DNA of 63,173 bases, the filler included, from Stramenopiles sp. TOSAG23-3 (taxonomy: Eukaryota): the NCBI GenBank assembly GCA_900128585.1. It is 5 parts of 5 records of this genome, joined end to end, with 100 filler letters (N's around TTAATTAATTAA, not from the genome) between each part and the next. Parts side by side here need not be neighbours in the genome. Positions count along the whole stretch, not along the records: positions 28,344 to 56,543 come from LT642250.1; 4 more parts are not named here. One strand, given 5' to 3'. This document shows positions 31,720-41,528 of the stretch, one piece after another. The translations under genes were made by a program, and so were the position numbers. A model generated the notes under the pieces. The model saw only the letters and a list, made by a program, of their open reading frames with translations. It was not told the DNA's origin and made no database searches. Each line of letters starts with the position of its first letter. Positions within the stretch are counted from its first letter, which is position 1.

Positions 31720-32904
31720 ATGGCGGACATGATGATTTCAGAACGCCCTAGTGGGAACGGCGGCGCGTCTGCAGGAGTTTCTATCGGTAACTACAAGGGT
31801 GTGATGTTGTGCAATAGGCCGTTTGCAGGAGTGGCTGCCGCTGCGCACAAAGCCGTTGGGGGGGGTTCGGGAGGGAACGTTCCCTTCCGGTCTGCCGTAA
31901 TACCCCACGAGCCCATAGGACTGAACCCGTCCCGCGAACGCAGGGCTTTCATAAAGATGGACAGAAAGAAGAAGAACTCTGTGTTGTCGAGGCACAAAAA
32001 GTGGCTCAAGCAGCTGCAGAAGGCCAAAGAGCAGTTCCAGCAGCAAGCCGAAGAGGAGGAGCAAAAGCAAGAGAACAAAAGGATGCGATTTGCTGCCCAG
32101 CAAGCTGCCCTCCGGGCCGAAGTACGGAACACGCTTGAAGTGCAGGACGCTAACGACAGGGAAATTACTAAAGAAATCCAGAAAATAAACGAATACGAGC
32201 AAAAGAACGAAGAAAACGAAGAGCAGAATAACTCCGCATGGCGGGATGAGCAGCGAGAGAGGCAACTTGGAGACATGCGCTCGAAACCCGCATGGGCCTT
32301 GACGGCTCAGCAGAAAGACGTGTTGGAAGACGAAGAGGCAGACGATTTGATGGACTTCGCACAAAACCTGGACGTGGACAAGTATTTGGACGATCTCGAA
32401 GTCAGGGCAGCGCTAGAATCTGTGCGAAACAGAATTAGACAAATTGAAGTAGCAGAAGACGACGATGCCCAGGAAGGCGGGGAGAACTTGGATAAAAATT
32501 ACGAATCGAAATACGACGACGGGGACAACTACGTGAAGGCTAATAAAGGCAAGGGGAAGGTTAAGAGGACACGGTTGACGAAAGATGCCTTGGCCGCTTT
32601 TGCTGGTGACGGAGCGTCGAAAGATAATGTGGACGACGATGCAAGGAGTGTTGCGTCGCACATGACGGCACGTTCGGTACTCTCCGATGTGAAATCATTG
32701 CGTGGAATCCACTCGGCCAAGTCTTTGGCCCAGCTGGCGAAGCAAGTAAATACTGCAAAGGGTGGGGGTGCGTTAGCGGCTATCCCCGAGGTCCCGTTCA
32801 TTCCACCAAGAATTTCCATTGTCGACGATAAAAAGGGAATTAGGGACGAAATCAAGAACCAGCCTAGCCAGCTCCCGTACATACATAGGAACCCTGCTAT
32901 TTAG
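31720..32904 (+). CDS. Uncharacterised coiled-coil protein
   Basis: Conserved-looking blocks IGNYKGVMLCNRP, LSRHKKWL, KPAWALT, LMDFAQNLDVDKYLDDLEV, LPYIHRNPAI; first ATG at 31720. Confidence 0.8.
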   Translation: MADMMISERPSGNGGASAGVSIGNYKGVMLCNRPFAGVAAAAHKAVGGGSGGNVPFRSAVIPHEPIGLNPSRERRAFIKMDRKKKNSVLSRHKKWLKQLQKAKEQFQQQAEEEEQKQENKRMRFAAQQAALRAEVRNTLEVQDANDREITKEIQKINEYEQKNEENEEQNNSAWRDEQRERQLGDMRSKPAWALTAQQKDVLEDEEADDLMDFAQNLDVDKYLDDLEVRAALESVRNRIRQIEVAEDDDAQEGGENLDKNYESKYDDGDNYVKANKGKGKVKRTRLTKDALAAFAGDGASKDNVDDDARSVASHMTARSVLSDVKSLRGIHSAKSLAQLAKQVNTAKGGGALAAIPEVPFIPPRISIVDDKKGIRDEIKNQPSQLPYIHRNPAI

Positions 32905-33048
32905 CGGTGGGCGTAAAGCGTAATAATGCGTACATATTTATACTTTCGTGTCTAATATAGTTTTGTACCACTACCGCACTACCGTTTAATAATTATTTTG
33001 TTTTTAATAACACAGCACCATTATTTTGTAAAAAAATCTTCTTTTCGT

Positions 33049-35763
33049 TCACACCGCGGGCAATTCGCTCACGCTGGGGGTCTGAGCCAAATAATGTCTA
33101 GATCGAGTTCGCGGCCTAGAAGCGGACCAAAACTGGTGCTCTTGCCTATCCTTTGCGGCCCCCCACACAACATTTCGGCTTTCTTTTTGCCGTTTGCACT
33201 TCAGGAAATGGCTTGATAGGTCTTTTTTCCGTGTCACTACTTTACAGAACGGGCATTTGACCTTTTCTATTTTGCTCCCGGTTGTTGCTGGGCGCTTCTC
33301 GTATTTTTCTACGTTCGGGGTAAGCATTTTGCTGCTTCTAGCAGGAGAATCAAACGTATCATCGCCCGTATAATCCTCCTTCATTTCATTTCTTGAAGAT
33401 CTTCTAATTTTTGGTGGCTGCGAGACAGAGTGAGAGGCCGGGTTATGATGCCGGAAGGGGGTCCCCTTCAGGCGAGCGCGACCGGCGTCATATGGCACTC
33501 GCTTCTCACCAAAAATTTTCTGGCACACCCTTTGGTGGACCGCAAGACGGCTGTAGGCAAATGTACGGTCGCAGTGCTCGCATGGGTACAACTTTACGTC
33601 CGAGGGACTCCCGTTCGATTTCAAACTTTCAACCTCCGCGTAGTCGTTTTCGAAAGAAAACTCGTCGTCGTTGAGGAACTTTTTCACCGGAGTACGAAAA
33701 CCACCGCCCTGCGCTAAATGCTTTCTGGAATCCGCGTTGTCGTCATAGTTGGACTGCTCCCATTTAAGCGCATTCAGACCCATCTGGTCGGAAGCCTCGA
33801 TATTGTCAAACGAGATCGTCGGATTCATGCGGCTAGGGCTGGTGCAAAGGTAGGACGTCAGGCTTGGGCACGTTTGCAGGTGGTTGACAAAGTGTTCTCG
33901 GGGGCCTTTTGCGCTGCAATAAGGACAGTGAAGCTCCGCGACAGATCTAGGGCTAGCCGACAGCAGAACAACTGCGGCTTGCTTTATCGCAAACATTCGC
34001 CCTGCTATGGCAGCAGATGGAGAAATTTTCATTCGGGGGTCCTCCGCGTAGTCTCTAGAAAGCTTGTTGAATGCATCATGCAGTTCAACCCCATCTTCAA
34101 TATCGTTGACGGACCTGCTGCCGAAGTGCAGCTTTCTTGCGGGGTCCATTTCAATGTTGTCTGCAGACTTCTCCTTTATTTTTTTAACATTTATGTCTGC
34201 ACTAGAGGCGGCCTCGAGCTGCGCATCGTCGTCGATGTCTTGCACAAAGCTGTTGGCCTCCGCATGCCTTTGGGCACGTACTCTAATTTCTGGAAAATCA
34301 CTCGCGTTGACGATTCTGCCGTCCTCAGGAACCGTCCACTGCGTCTTTCTCGATTTTCTGTGGTAAAAGTAGACCTGCCCATCAGCCGACCGAGCAATTT
34401 TCCACTCATCCTCCTTTGGCCCGAGATCATCGAACCCGTTGGACTTGGCCGCACTTTCCCTGGGCCTAAATTCTAATTCAGACATCTTTTTGCCTTCCAC
34501 GCTTTCCGTGCTGTGCTTCTCTTCGACTGCATCGTCTTGGTCACTGTCCGAGCCTGAGCTGTCTGCCATATCGGACCGCCACATCGGCTTGTCTCCGAAC
34601 GAGTCGGCGTCTTCTGCGGCAAAGTCAAAAGACGTGTCTTCCTCCGATTGTTTCACGCCCTCCGACGGTTCCTTCGCCGCAAAATCGATACTTTCAACCT
34701 TCCGGCTTACGCAGTCCTCCTTCGCTTCTACTCCCTCACATATCGGTACTCTCTCAGCATCGTCACCCGCTTCGATGGTCTCAAGCTTGGTCGTTTCTTC
34801 GGGCTCCGATTGAGCGCTCTTTCTGTGGTGGTCTATAATGCCTGTTTCTTTCCCCTTGGGCAGTTTTTCGGACCGGTGAGGTTTCGAAATTTCCGGCAGC
34901 GAAGTTTGCTTCGAGGATTTCTTCCGGTTCGTAAGGGATCCCAGCATTCGCCTCATGAACGACTTTTTCTCCCCTCCCGCCTTGCTGTTGTCCGTCGGGG
35001 CCTTTCCCGTCGACACTTCGTCCAGGCGGGCCTTGGACATGGGCGCTTTGGAGCTTGGAGTCGGGCCATTGGCCGTCATCTTTACACGCGCCACTTCTGG
35101 GAACATCCCGTTCTTCTGCTTGCTTTCGCTTACCGCTTTCTCGGAGGAGTGTTTCGGGCCACCGCCGTAGTCGTCGCGGGACCAGAGCTCTCCATCGTCC
35201 ATAATGCCCCTTGTATCGTCTACTAAGCTACTATTTGCATCCAAAGGTGCTGATGCGTCGACGCTGGCTTTTACCGGCAAGGGGGACACTGCAACTTTAA
35301 ACGGGTGGGCTTCGTCGATATCACTGAATTGGACCGCTTCGTTCGTCTCGTTTCCCCCAGACCCAATTTCGACATCGCTATCATAACCCGCCCTCTCGTT
35401 GTAGGCCAAGCCTACTTGTTTGTTCCCCCGGTCGCCTTGCCTGTTTTCAAAACTTCGGTTTATGATGGAATCGCTGAGGTCCTTGAATATGCCTTCATCG
35501 CTCTGCTGAAGGTTGACCCGCGGGGAACGGGTTCGGGGTGGGGTTGAATAGGAGACTGTATTGAAGTGGGGGGTCGAGAATTTTTCTAAGCCGTTTTCGA
35601 AAGATTCGTTCCCGTACCTTTGGACAGGCGTTTGAACCCTCCCATTGGTCTTAGATGAAGGACCGGCCTGGCGCTTCTTCGCACCTTTTCGACGCAAGAG
35701 TCGCAAATCTTTTTTCCAACCCGGGGCGTCGGAAGGTTTCGAGGAAGTATGCTCAGTCGGCAT
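33049..35763 (-). CDS. Largely disordered protein with a WW domain and C2HC zinc fingers
   Basis: WW domain EWKIARSADGQVYFYHRKSRKTQWTVP; fingers CPYC..HLQTC, CEHCDRTF..HQRVC, CPFC..HFLKC. Confidence 0.85.
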   Translation of the reverse strand: MPTEHTSSKPSDAPGWKKDLRLLRRKGAKKRQAGPSSKTNGRVQTPVQRYGNESFENGLEKFSTPHFNTVSYSTPPRTRSPRVNLQQSDEGIFKDLSDSIINRSFENRQGDRGNKQVGLAYNERAGYDSDVEIGSGGNETNEAVQFSDIDEAHPFKVAVSPLPVKASVDASAPLDANSSLVDDTRGIMDDGELWSRDDYGGGPKHSSEKAVSESKQKNGMFPEVARVKMTANGPTPSSKAPMSKARLDEVSTGKAPTDNSKAGGEKKSFMRRMLGSLTNRKKSSKQTSLPEISKPHRSEKLPKGKETGIIDHHRKSAQSEPEETTKLETIEAGDDAERVPICEGVEAKEDCVSRKVESIDFAAKEPSEGVKQSEEDTSFDFAAEDADSFGDKPMWRSDMADSSGSDSDQDDAVEEKHSTESVEGKKMSELEFRPRESAAKSNGFDDLGPKEDEWKIARSADGQVYFYHRKSRKTQWTVPEDGRIVNASDFPEIRVRAQRHAEANSFVQDIDDDAQLEAASSADINVKKIKEKSADNIEMDPARKLHFGSRSVNDIEDGVELHDAFNKLSRDYAEDPRMKISPSAAIAGRMFAIKQAAVVLLSASPRSVAELHCPYCSAKGPREHFVNHLQTCPSLTSYLCTSPSRMNPTISFDNIEASDQMGLNALKWEQSNYDDNADSRKHLAQGGGFRTPVKKFLNDDEFSFENDYAEVESLKSNGSPSDVKLYPCEHCDRTFAYSRLAVHQRVCQKIFGEKRVPYDAGRARLKGTPFRHHNPASHSVSQPPKIRRSSRNEMKEDYTGDDTFDSPARSSKMLTPNVEKYEKRPATTGSKIEKVKCPFCKVVTRKKDLSSHFLKCKRQKESRNVVWGAAKDRQEHQFWSASRPRTRSRHYLAQTPSVSELPAV

Positions 35764-36259
35764 TCTGGTTCAAAGTATTCTTCACTGGACAACTCCTTTA
35801 GATGGTGAGCTGATGGGGTCTGTCACTATTTTCTTGACTTTAACTTTGTTTGATTTCCTCTCCTCAAATATTTACATGTCTATGCCAATTCTTAAAAGAA
35901 TAAACATATAAACATAAATGGGGTTGAAACATGAAACCATATACATCTTAATAAAACCATATCAAACCAATTCTTCTCTTCTTCTATCTTCCTTCTTTGA
36001 AATTATTTCAAACAACAACAAGGTCATCAAAAAAATTTACAACAAAGAAGGAAGGAAGGAAGGAAGGAAGAGGATTTGGTTTGACTACTTCTAATTTGTA
36101 CTTTTATTATTCTACGTTATACTGTACTCTTGTACTTCAATTGCAGATTCCCTCTATAATTTCTATTCAATCCTAAAGGTATATTAAACAATTGGAATTG
36201 TAGTATATTGTGTATTATTTATATATTTACATAGGAAGGGTAGAAAAAAGTTTGGTTTC

Positions 36260-36305
36260 TTCTTTCTATTCTTTCTATTCTTTCTATTCTTTCTATTCTT
36301 TCTAT
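36260..36305. repeat. (TTCTTTCTA)5 tandem repeat
   Basis: Seen directly. Confidence 0.9.
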
Positions 36306-36927
36306 TCATTCTACTTCTTCGCTTTAATTTTAATTTTAAACTCTTATTTTATGTCCTCGTTAGGTATATATTATAATAATTATAGCTAAATACAATAATT
36401 TGATATAAAATAATAAATAATAATACAATGTAATAAATAACACATTTTATTATTTATTTGATACAGTACCTCGTACAGTAGTAGTACAGAATATGATTTA
36501 TTTACTATACTAAAATAATAAAGAGTACGAAACCAACCTAATAACTAAAACTAAAACTAAAACAATGGAATGAAATAGATTTATACAATGCTGTTCCCTT
36601 TATAATATACTTGATGGAATAAGCAATAATCTGTTCAACACGCTTTACTGCTGTGTTATGTTTTTATTTATTTATAACATAGGAATACAAAGGAATTGGG
36701 TTTTCTTTACTTTTTTTTAAATTCCCGCTTCTTTTTTTATCTTAAATTTCACATTGGATATTTGAATTATCTCGTCACTATATAAAATAGCTTATACCCG
36801 TGCGTGCGTGCGTGTACGGGGGGAGACGGTTCACTAAATTATTGTATTAAGGTTAGGAATAGGGTTAATATTAATAGTGACAGTTCTTTTGTACTTCAGT
36901 AATGGTTAACTTATCGTGCCCTTGTAC

Positions 36928-39900
36928 TTAAACGTCCAGCCATTTATATTCTTTATTATCAAACGTCACTCTTGCGGTGCGAATGCACATAAGCGCTTGC
37001 TCAGGCATTTCCTCGTCTTCGTGAGCCTCAACACACACGCACCAGTCAACCACCATTTTTTTCCCAAGATGCAGGTTATCAAAAAGGCCTTGGCGTACCA
37101 AGTAATTCCAGCCCCATACGTCAATAAACACTTCCATGTAGTTGATGGTCACGCCAGGAAAATCGGTCAATTCCATGGACCCGCTATTGAACGCGTGCTG
37201 TGGGCGAGTCAACAACGGCTTTGCGTTATACGTCCTTACCAAATAACTGGAGGTGCTCCCAAAACCAATCTCGTCCGCGTTGGCCACCGCCTGTATCAAT
37301 TTGAAACGATCCAAAAAATTGTCGTTAGCATCTTCTTTGCTACGAGCAACAAATTTCTTCCATAAATTTATCCCCGGGTGACTAGACGAATTCTTCAATT
37401 CTTCGACGACCCAATCTGCAACAACAAATGCCTGGAAAAACACGTGCGTCTCCCCATCTTTTACCGGTTGCCCCCACAATGGATTGGGAGGCTGGCTGTT
37501 CGGGAACCCCTTGTTAAAGAAAATCACCGACGGGACGTCATTTACTACCGACGCGTCGTTCAGACTCGAAAGACTATGATGCGCCTTCATCATCTTTTCC
37601 TGTTGAGGCTTGGAAAATTGGAACAATCCTTTCGCGGAGGTTAGTTTGTGTGGCGAGAGAAACAGGTCGCATCCAATCGGGTGGTACATTGCCGGCCCTG
37701 ATGTTTTCTTCACTTTGTTCTGGGGGTAATTGGGGCCTGCACGGAGGATGAATTTATCTGCTTTAATGTTGCACCATGAACGTATGGGCAAGTCTTTGTA
37801 CGATGTGGCTACAGCACCATTCTCGACGTGCACCATGGTTTCAGAGAACGTTCGTAAACCATTGTCACTTTGATTTTCATTTCCATCTATGCGGAATGGG
37901 GAAACTTGGTTAACATCATCGTCCTCGGCAAAAGACTTGCGAAATAGTCTTTCTTGACCAGGTGAAGTTCCTTCAGACTGAAGGTTGCTTTCAAGAAGGG
38001 ACCTCACGGGAGACACCTCGGACGAGCGCCGTGGACTGCAAAATTCTACGCATATGCTCCACACATTCACGTCACTCGCGTTATTGTTTCCATCTTGGTT
38101 CCCCAGTTTTCGGCCAAACCGCTCCACTGCGAACACTATTGCGCGTGCAATGGAATGGCAGCAGCTGGCAACGGCACATATGTACAGAAAGACCCGAAAT
38201 AGCCCACTTGAAAACCCTTTCGTGTCCAACCAGACTACATCAAGAGCTCCTTGGTGCATTGCTACGAAAGCAGCGATAAGCGGGACGACATACCAAACTA
38301 TTTCGACCACCATGTCGACATTGACGAAGCCGCACTTCCTCGAAGAACCTTCCCACTTCCACGTTGCCAAGAGCAGCGGCTTTTTACGAACGACAAGAGA
38401 TGCTGAATAGCCTACGGTTGCAAATGGTGGCAGGTACGGGGGGACCGTTTCAACCATTTCTCCACCTAAAAAACCTTCTATTTCGACCGCATCGTCCGAA
38501 TGCGTCGCCCCTAAGTTTACCCACTCACCAACTTCTACGTTCCATCGACGAAGTCGCCGTTGTACGGATCCCATAAACGTTTTTCGCACGACAAAAAACT
38601 TCAAAGACCGATCGGCTGAGGCATTTTCTGAGCCAGTCTTAATGTCGTCTCCACTCTCAGAAGTCGAACGGCCTGGCTCGCGTATTTCGAACGAAATTGG
38701 TTTCGAGTGAGGGCCAATGTACAGGTACCCCCCTTCCAATTTGCTTACACCTTTTTTAAAATTGCCAAATTGGCGTTTTCTTTTCCAATCGTTCAAGGTT
38801 ACCTCCGAGTCACGATAGCACACAGGGTCACCGTCTCTCCCTCCAGACCGATGAAACGTCATGACAAGCTGCCCCCCATCGCTTTGAGGGCGTGGACCGA
38901 CATACCCTAGACAATTGGACATGACAAGACCGTCATCGTCGATCAGCACGAATGGGTCACCGTAACACACTTCGTTGTCATTATGCTTCTCGTTCGACGG
39001 GTCTTGGACGGTAAACGTTGCTGTCACGACAGGAAAATCGGCACTCTTTCCTGCCGGCCTTAATGCCAAGAGGGTTCCCTTAAACCGCCGCTTTTTCCGA
39101 AGATAAACGCCTAAAAAGTCGCCCGTGCTCTTAGAATCTGCGTACGCAGAGACCGTCCATAGCCTTATTTTCTCTCCGTAATGCAGCGGCTCTTTTGCCC
39201 TCATCCTAGGAACACTTGGGGAAAACGTCAATACATGGTCGTCTCCGTTGTCTTCCTCTTCATCAGCGTCCTCGACTACCGTACGAGACCGTTTAGTTCT
39301 GTTATTAGAAGTACTATGGGTAGCTCTTCGTAAGGCATTGACCCATGTTTCAGCATGCTCTAGAGACGGGGTCCCAAGAAGCAAAGCCCCGTCTACGAAG
39401 GGGCCGGCATTCTTCTCCCCACCATTTTCAGCGAAAACGCTGAAGCAGTACATTTCGCGCCCCCCTCTTTTCAATGGAATCCCCTGGAAATCGACACGGC
39501 AATCTTCCCCAAGCACAACCACACCTCGCGGTTTGGCGGAGCGACTGGTTAGAAAATACTCCATGCGATCTCCATTCAGAGTAAAGTAGCGAGTGTGCCA
39601 CCCGCGAGCAAGTTTGAAAAGGTCTTTGCTTACGAACTTTTTGTACAGCATGCCCTCTAAAGTCTCGTTGGGGTCATCGGTGGAAAATAATTCTTCATTA
39701 TCAACATCACTTTCTACGAACACCGATTCTTGCCGCACGACATTTCCGTTGCCGTCTTCGCCCGAGCCCCCCGAACGTGCACCGCCCGCGATATTAGCAA
39801 CGGAGCCATCGTGCTTCGTTCTTTCTATACCATTCACCAAGACGGACACCCACCCAACTGCTTCATCAAACGTCTGCCCTCCTAATTCAAGTTTCTTGTT

Positions 39901-40743
39901 GCCAGCAAAAATAGTGAACGGGTAGAAACTCTGCTGCTTGTTTGTACGTCGAGGAGTGCCCGGGAAATCTACTCGACAATCTCCACCGAGCAATAGCGAG
40001 CCAATTCCACGCCGGCCCCCGGATGTCTTCGACTTGAAGTCAACTTTAAACCATTCAAGACGACCAGTGGTATCCAGAGTAAACAAACGTTTATTCCACC
40101 CAAGAGCATAAAATGGTGCTTTTGGAATTAATGGAGGGTGCCGATTTCTGCGGTATAAAAACGATTCCTTCAGCACTTCTGGTCTACCTACATTCGACTT
40201 GCGTGCCGAGACGGGAGCGTCACTTACTTCAGCCCCCATGGAAACGGAGAGTTTGCGCGGGCTCGTAGTGCCATCACCCTCTTCGTATTCGCTTTCGTCG
40301 CCGTCGTCCGTTAAAAAATGAATATCTCCTGCAGAACTTGAGCGATGCCTACCGTCAGCAGACACTTGCTTCAAAGCCTCTATCCACGAGTCTGCGTCAT
40401 CTTTCAGTTCGCAACCAAGCAAAAACATGCTAGGGCCCTTGGACGTAGGGCACTGCACCATAAATTGGTAGAGTTCACGACGATGTGCCGTCGCGTTTTT
40501 CTTGCCTCGGTATTCAACGTTTGATTCCTGCCCTAGTAGAATTTTCCCACTCACCTTCGTCGTGCCTTGGCTTTTGTAGTAAACGAAAGCGTTCTCATCG
40601 CGCGTGAGTACAAAATAACGTTTGTGCCAACCTGTCCATAGTTGGGCTTTCTGGTGTTTTTTCCATAACCAACCTTCTTTAACAGTGTTGAAACTAGCGC
40701 CACTATGATCGCTGTCACCATTTTCGCCTTCATTTTGGGACAT
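36928..40743 (-). CDS. Three PH domains, two transmembrane helices and an EDR2-like C-terminal (DUF1336) domain
   Basis: KEGWLWKK..WHKRYFVL, KESFLYRR..WNKRLFTL, LEGMLYKK..WHTRYFTL; hydrophobic pair near 38140-38330; C-terminal FILRAGPNY..K.K.S, RFKLI, YNAKPLLTRPQH, YMEVFIDV, VEAHEDEEMPEQAL. Confidence 0.85.
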   Translation of the reverse strand: MSQNEGENGDSDHSGASFNTVKEGWLWKKHQKAQLWTGWHKRYFVLTRDENAFVYYKSQGTTKVSGKILLGQESNVEYRGKKNATAHRRELYQFMVQCPTSKGPSMFLLGCELKDDADSWIEALKQVSADGRHRSSSAGDIHFLTDDGDESEYEEGDGTTSPRKLSVSMGAEVSDAPVSARKSNVGRPEVLKESFLYRRNRHPPLIPKAPFYALGWNKRLFTLDTTGRLEWFKVDFKSKTSGGRRGIGSLLLGGDCRVDFPGTPRRTNKQQSFYPFTIFAGNKKLELGGQTFDEAVGWVSVLVNGIERTKHDGSVANIAGGARSGGSGEDGNGNVVRQESVFVESDVDNEELFSTDDPNETLEGMLYKKFVSKDLFKLARGWHTRYFTLNGDRMEYFLTSRSAKPRGVVVLGEDCRVDFQGIPLKRGGREMYCFSVFAENGGEKNAGPFVDGALLLGTPSLEHAETWVNALRRATHSTSNNRTKRSRTVVEDADEEEDNGDDHVLTFSPSVPRMRAKEPLHYGEKIRLWTVSAYADSKSTGDFLGVYLRKKRRFKGTLLALRPAGKSADFPVVTATFTVQDPSNEKHNDNEVCYGDPFVLIDDDGLVMSNCLGYVGPRPQSDGGQLVMTFHRSGGRDGDPVCYRDSEVTLNDWKRKRQFGNFKKGVSKLEGGYLYIGPHSKPISFEIREPGRSTSESGDDIKTGSENASADRSLKFFVVRKTFMGSVQRRLRRWNVEVGEWVNLGATHSDDAVEIEGFLGGEMVETVPPYLPPFATVGYSASLVVRKKPLLLATWKWEGSSRKCGFVNVDMVVEIVWYVVPLIAAFVAMHQGALDVVWLDTKGFSSGLFRVFLYICAVASCCHSIARAIVFAVERFGRKLGNQDGNNNASDVNVWSICVEFCSPRRSSEVSPVRSLLESNLQSEGTSPGQERLFRKSFAEDDDVNQVSPFRIDGNENQSDNGLRTFSETMVHVENGAVATSYKDLPIRSWCNIKADKFILRAGPNYPQNKVKKTSGPAMYHPIGCDLFLSPHKLTSAKGLFQFSKPQQEKMMKAHHSLSSLNDASVVNDVPSVIFFNKGFPNSQPPNPLWGQPVKDGETHVFFQAFVVADWVVEELKNSSSHPGINLWKKFVARSKEDANDNFLDRFKLIQAVANADEIGFGSTSSYLVRTYNAKPLLTRPQHAFNSGSMELTDFPGVTINYMEVFIDVWGWNYLVRQGLFDNLHLGKKMVVDWCVCVEAHEDEEMPEQALMCIRTARVTFDNKEYKWLDV

Positions 40744-41340
40744 CTTCTACTGCCCAAAGGTTACTATCGCTTTTTCCCTCTTTCGGTCGCGGCAGTTTGC
40801 AAATCGAAGTGAAAATATATGATGCACGACCCGCAGAGTCTTTTTCTATTGCCTACGTGAATATGCATCGTGAATTCTTAAAACAGTAAAATTGAAAATC
40901 TTTTATTGCAAACAAATCACTATTCGTTTAACTTCCTAGAAGAAAAACAAAAGAAGTTCTTCTTCTTTACTTGATGTTTTTGCATCATCATCATCATGCA
41001 TCCTCCTAGTTCTACCAAGTATTATAACTAACAACTCCTTGGCTTTTTTTTTTTCACTAGAAGATGATCTTCGTTGCTAACTATTAATATTCGTATATTA
41101 TCGTATGGTACTTATAATACTCTTTTCCTGTACATTAATAAAGTTCGATACACCACAATTTTATTTAAATTATACGAATGGTATAGAAAAAGTAAATAAC
41201 AATAAAATCTGAATGGTTGATGTGAGAAGGTTCATAAAAAAGATGATGATGTGATAATTAAATCTAAAATGCTGTGTGCGTGTAGCCTGTATTTCAGATA
41301 AAATATAAACCAAGAAGATAACAAAGTGAGATTTAAAAAA

Positions 41341-41447
41341 ATTGATTACACAAGAAAATTGGCTGTTATACAAGAAAAATTTGGCTGTTATTTTTTATAG
41401 TAATTAAAATTAAAGAAAAAAAGAAGGTGTCAGTTCAAGAACAATGT
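41341..41447. repeat. Dispersed non-coding repeat, locus C (two tandem core copies plus a 46-nt block)
   Basis: ACAAGAAAATTGGCTGTTA then ACAAGAAAAATTTGGCTGTTA; 41402-41447 is a near-exact reverse complement of 58708-58754. Confidence 0.88.
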
Positions 41448-41528
41448 AGCGGCAGTTATATAAAATTGAAGATAACATTTAAAACTATTTGATAAAATTT
41501 ATGTTGTGATAACAGCAAACATATTTTT

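Noticed and set aside
41349..41390. Repeated core motif as a CRISPR array
   Set aside because: Eukaryotic context, at most two adjacent copies, no regular spacers and no cas genes.
41437..41449. AGAACAATGTAG resembling a stretch of LSU rRNA
   Set aside because: Only 12 nt with no flanking rRNA similarity. I found no rRNA or tRNA genes in the window.
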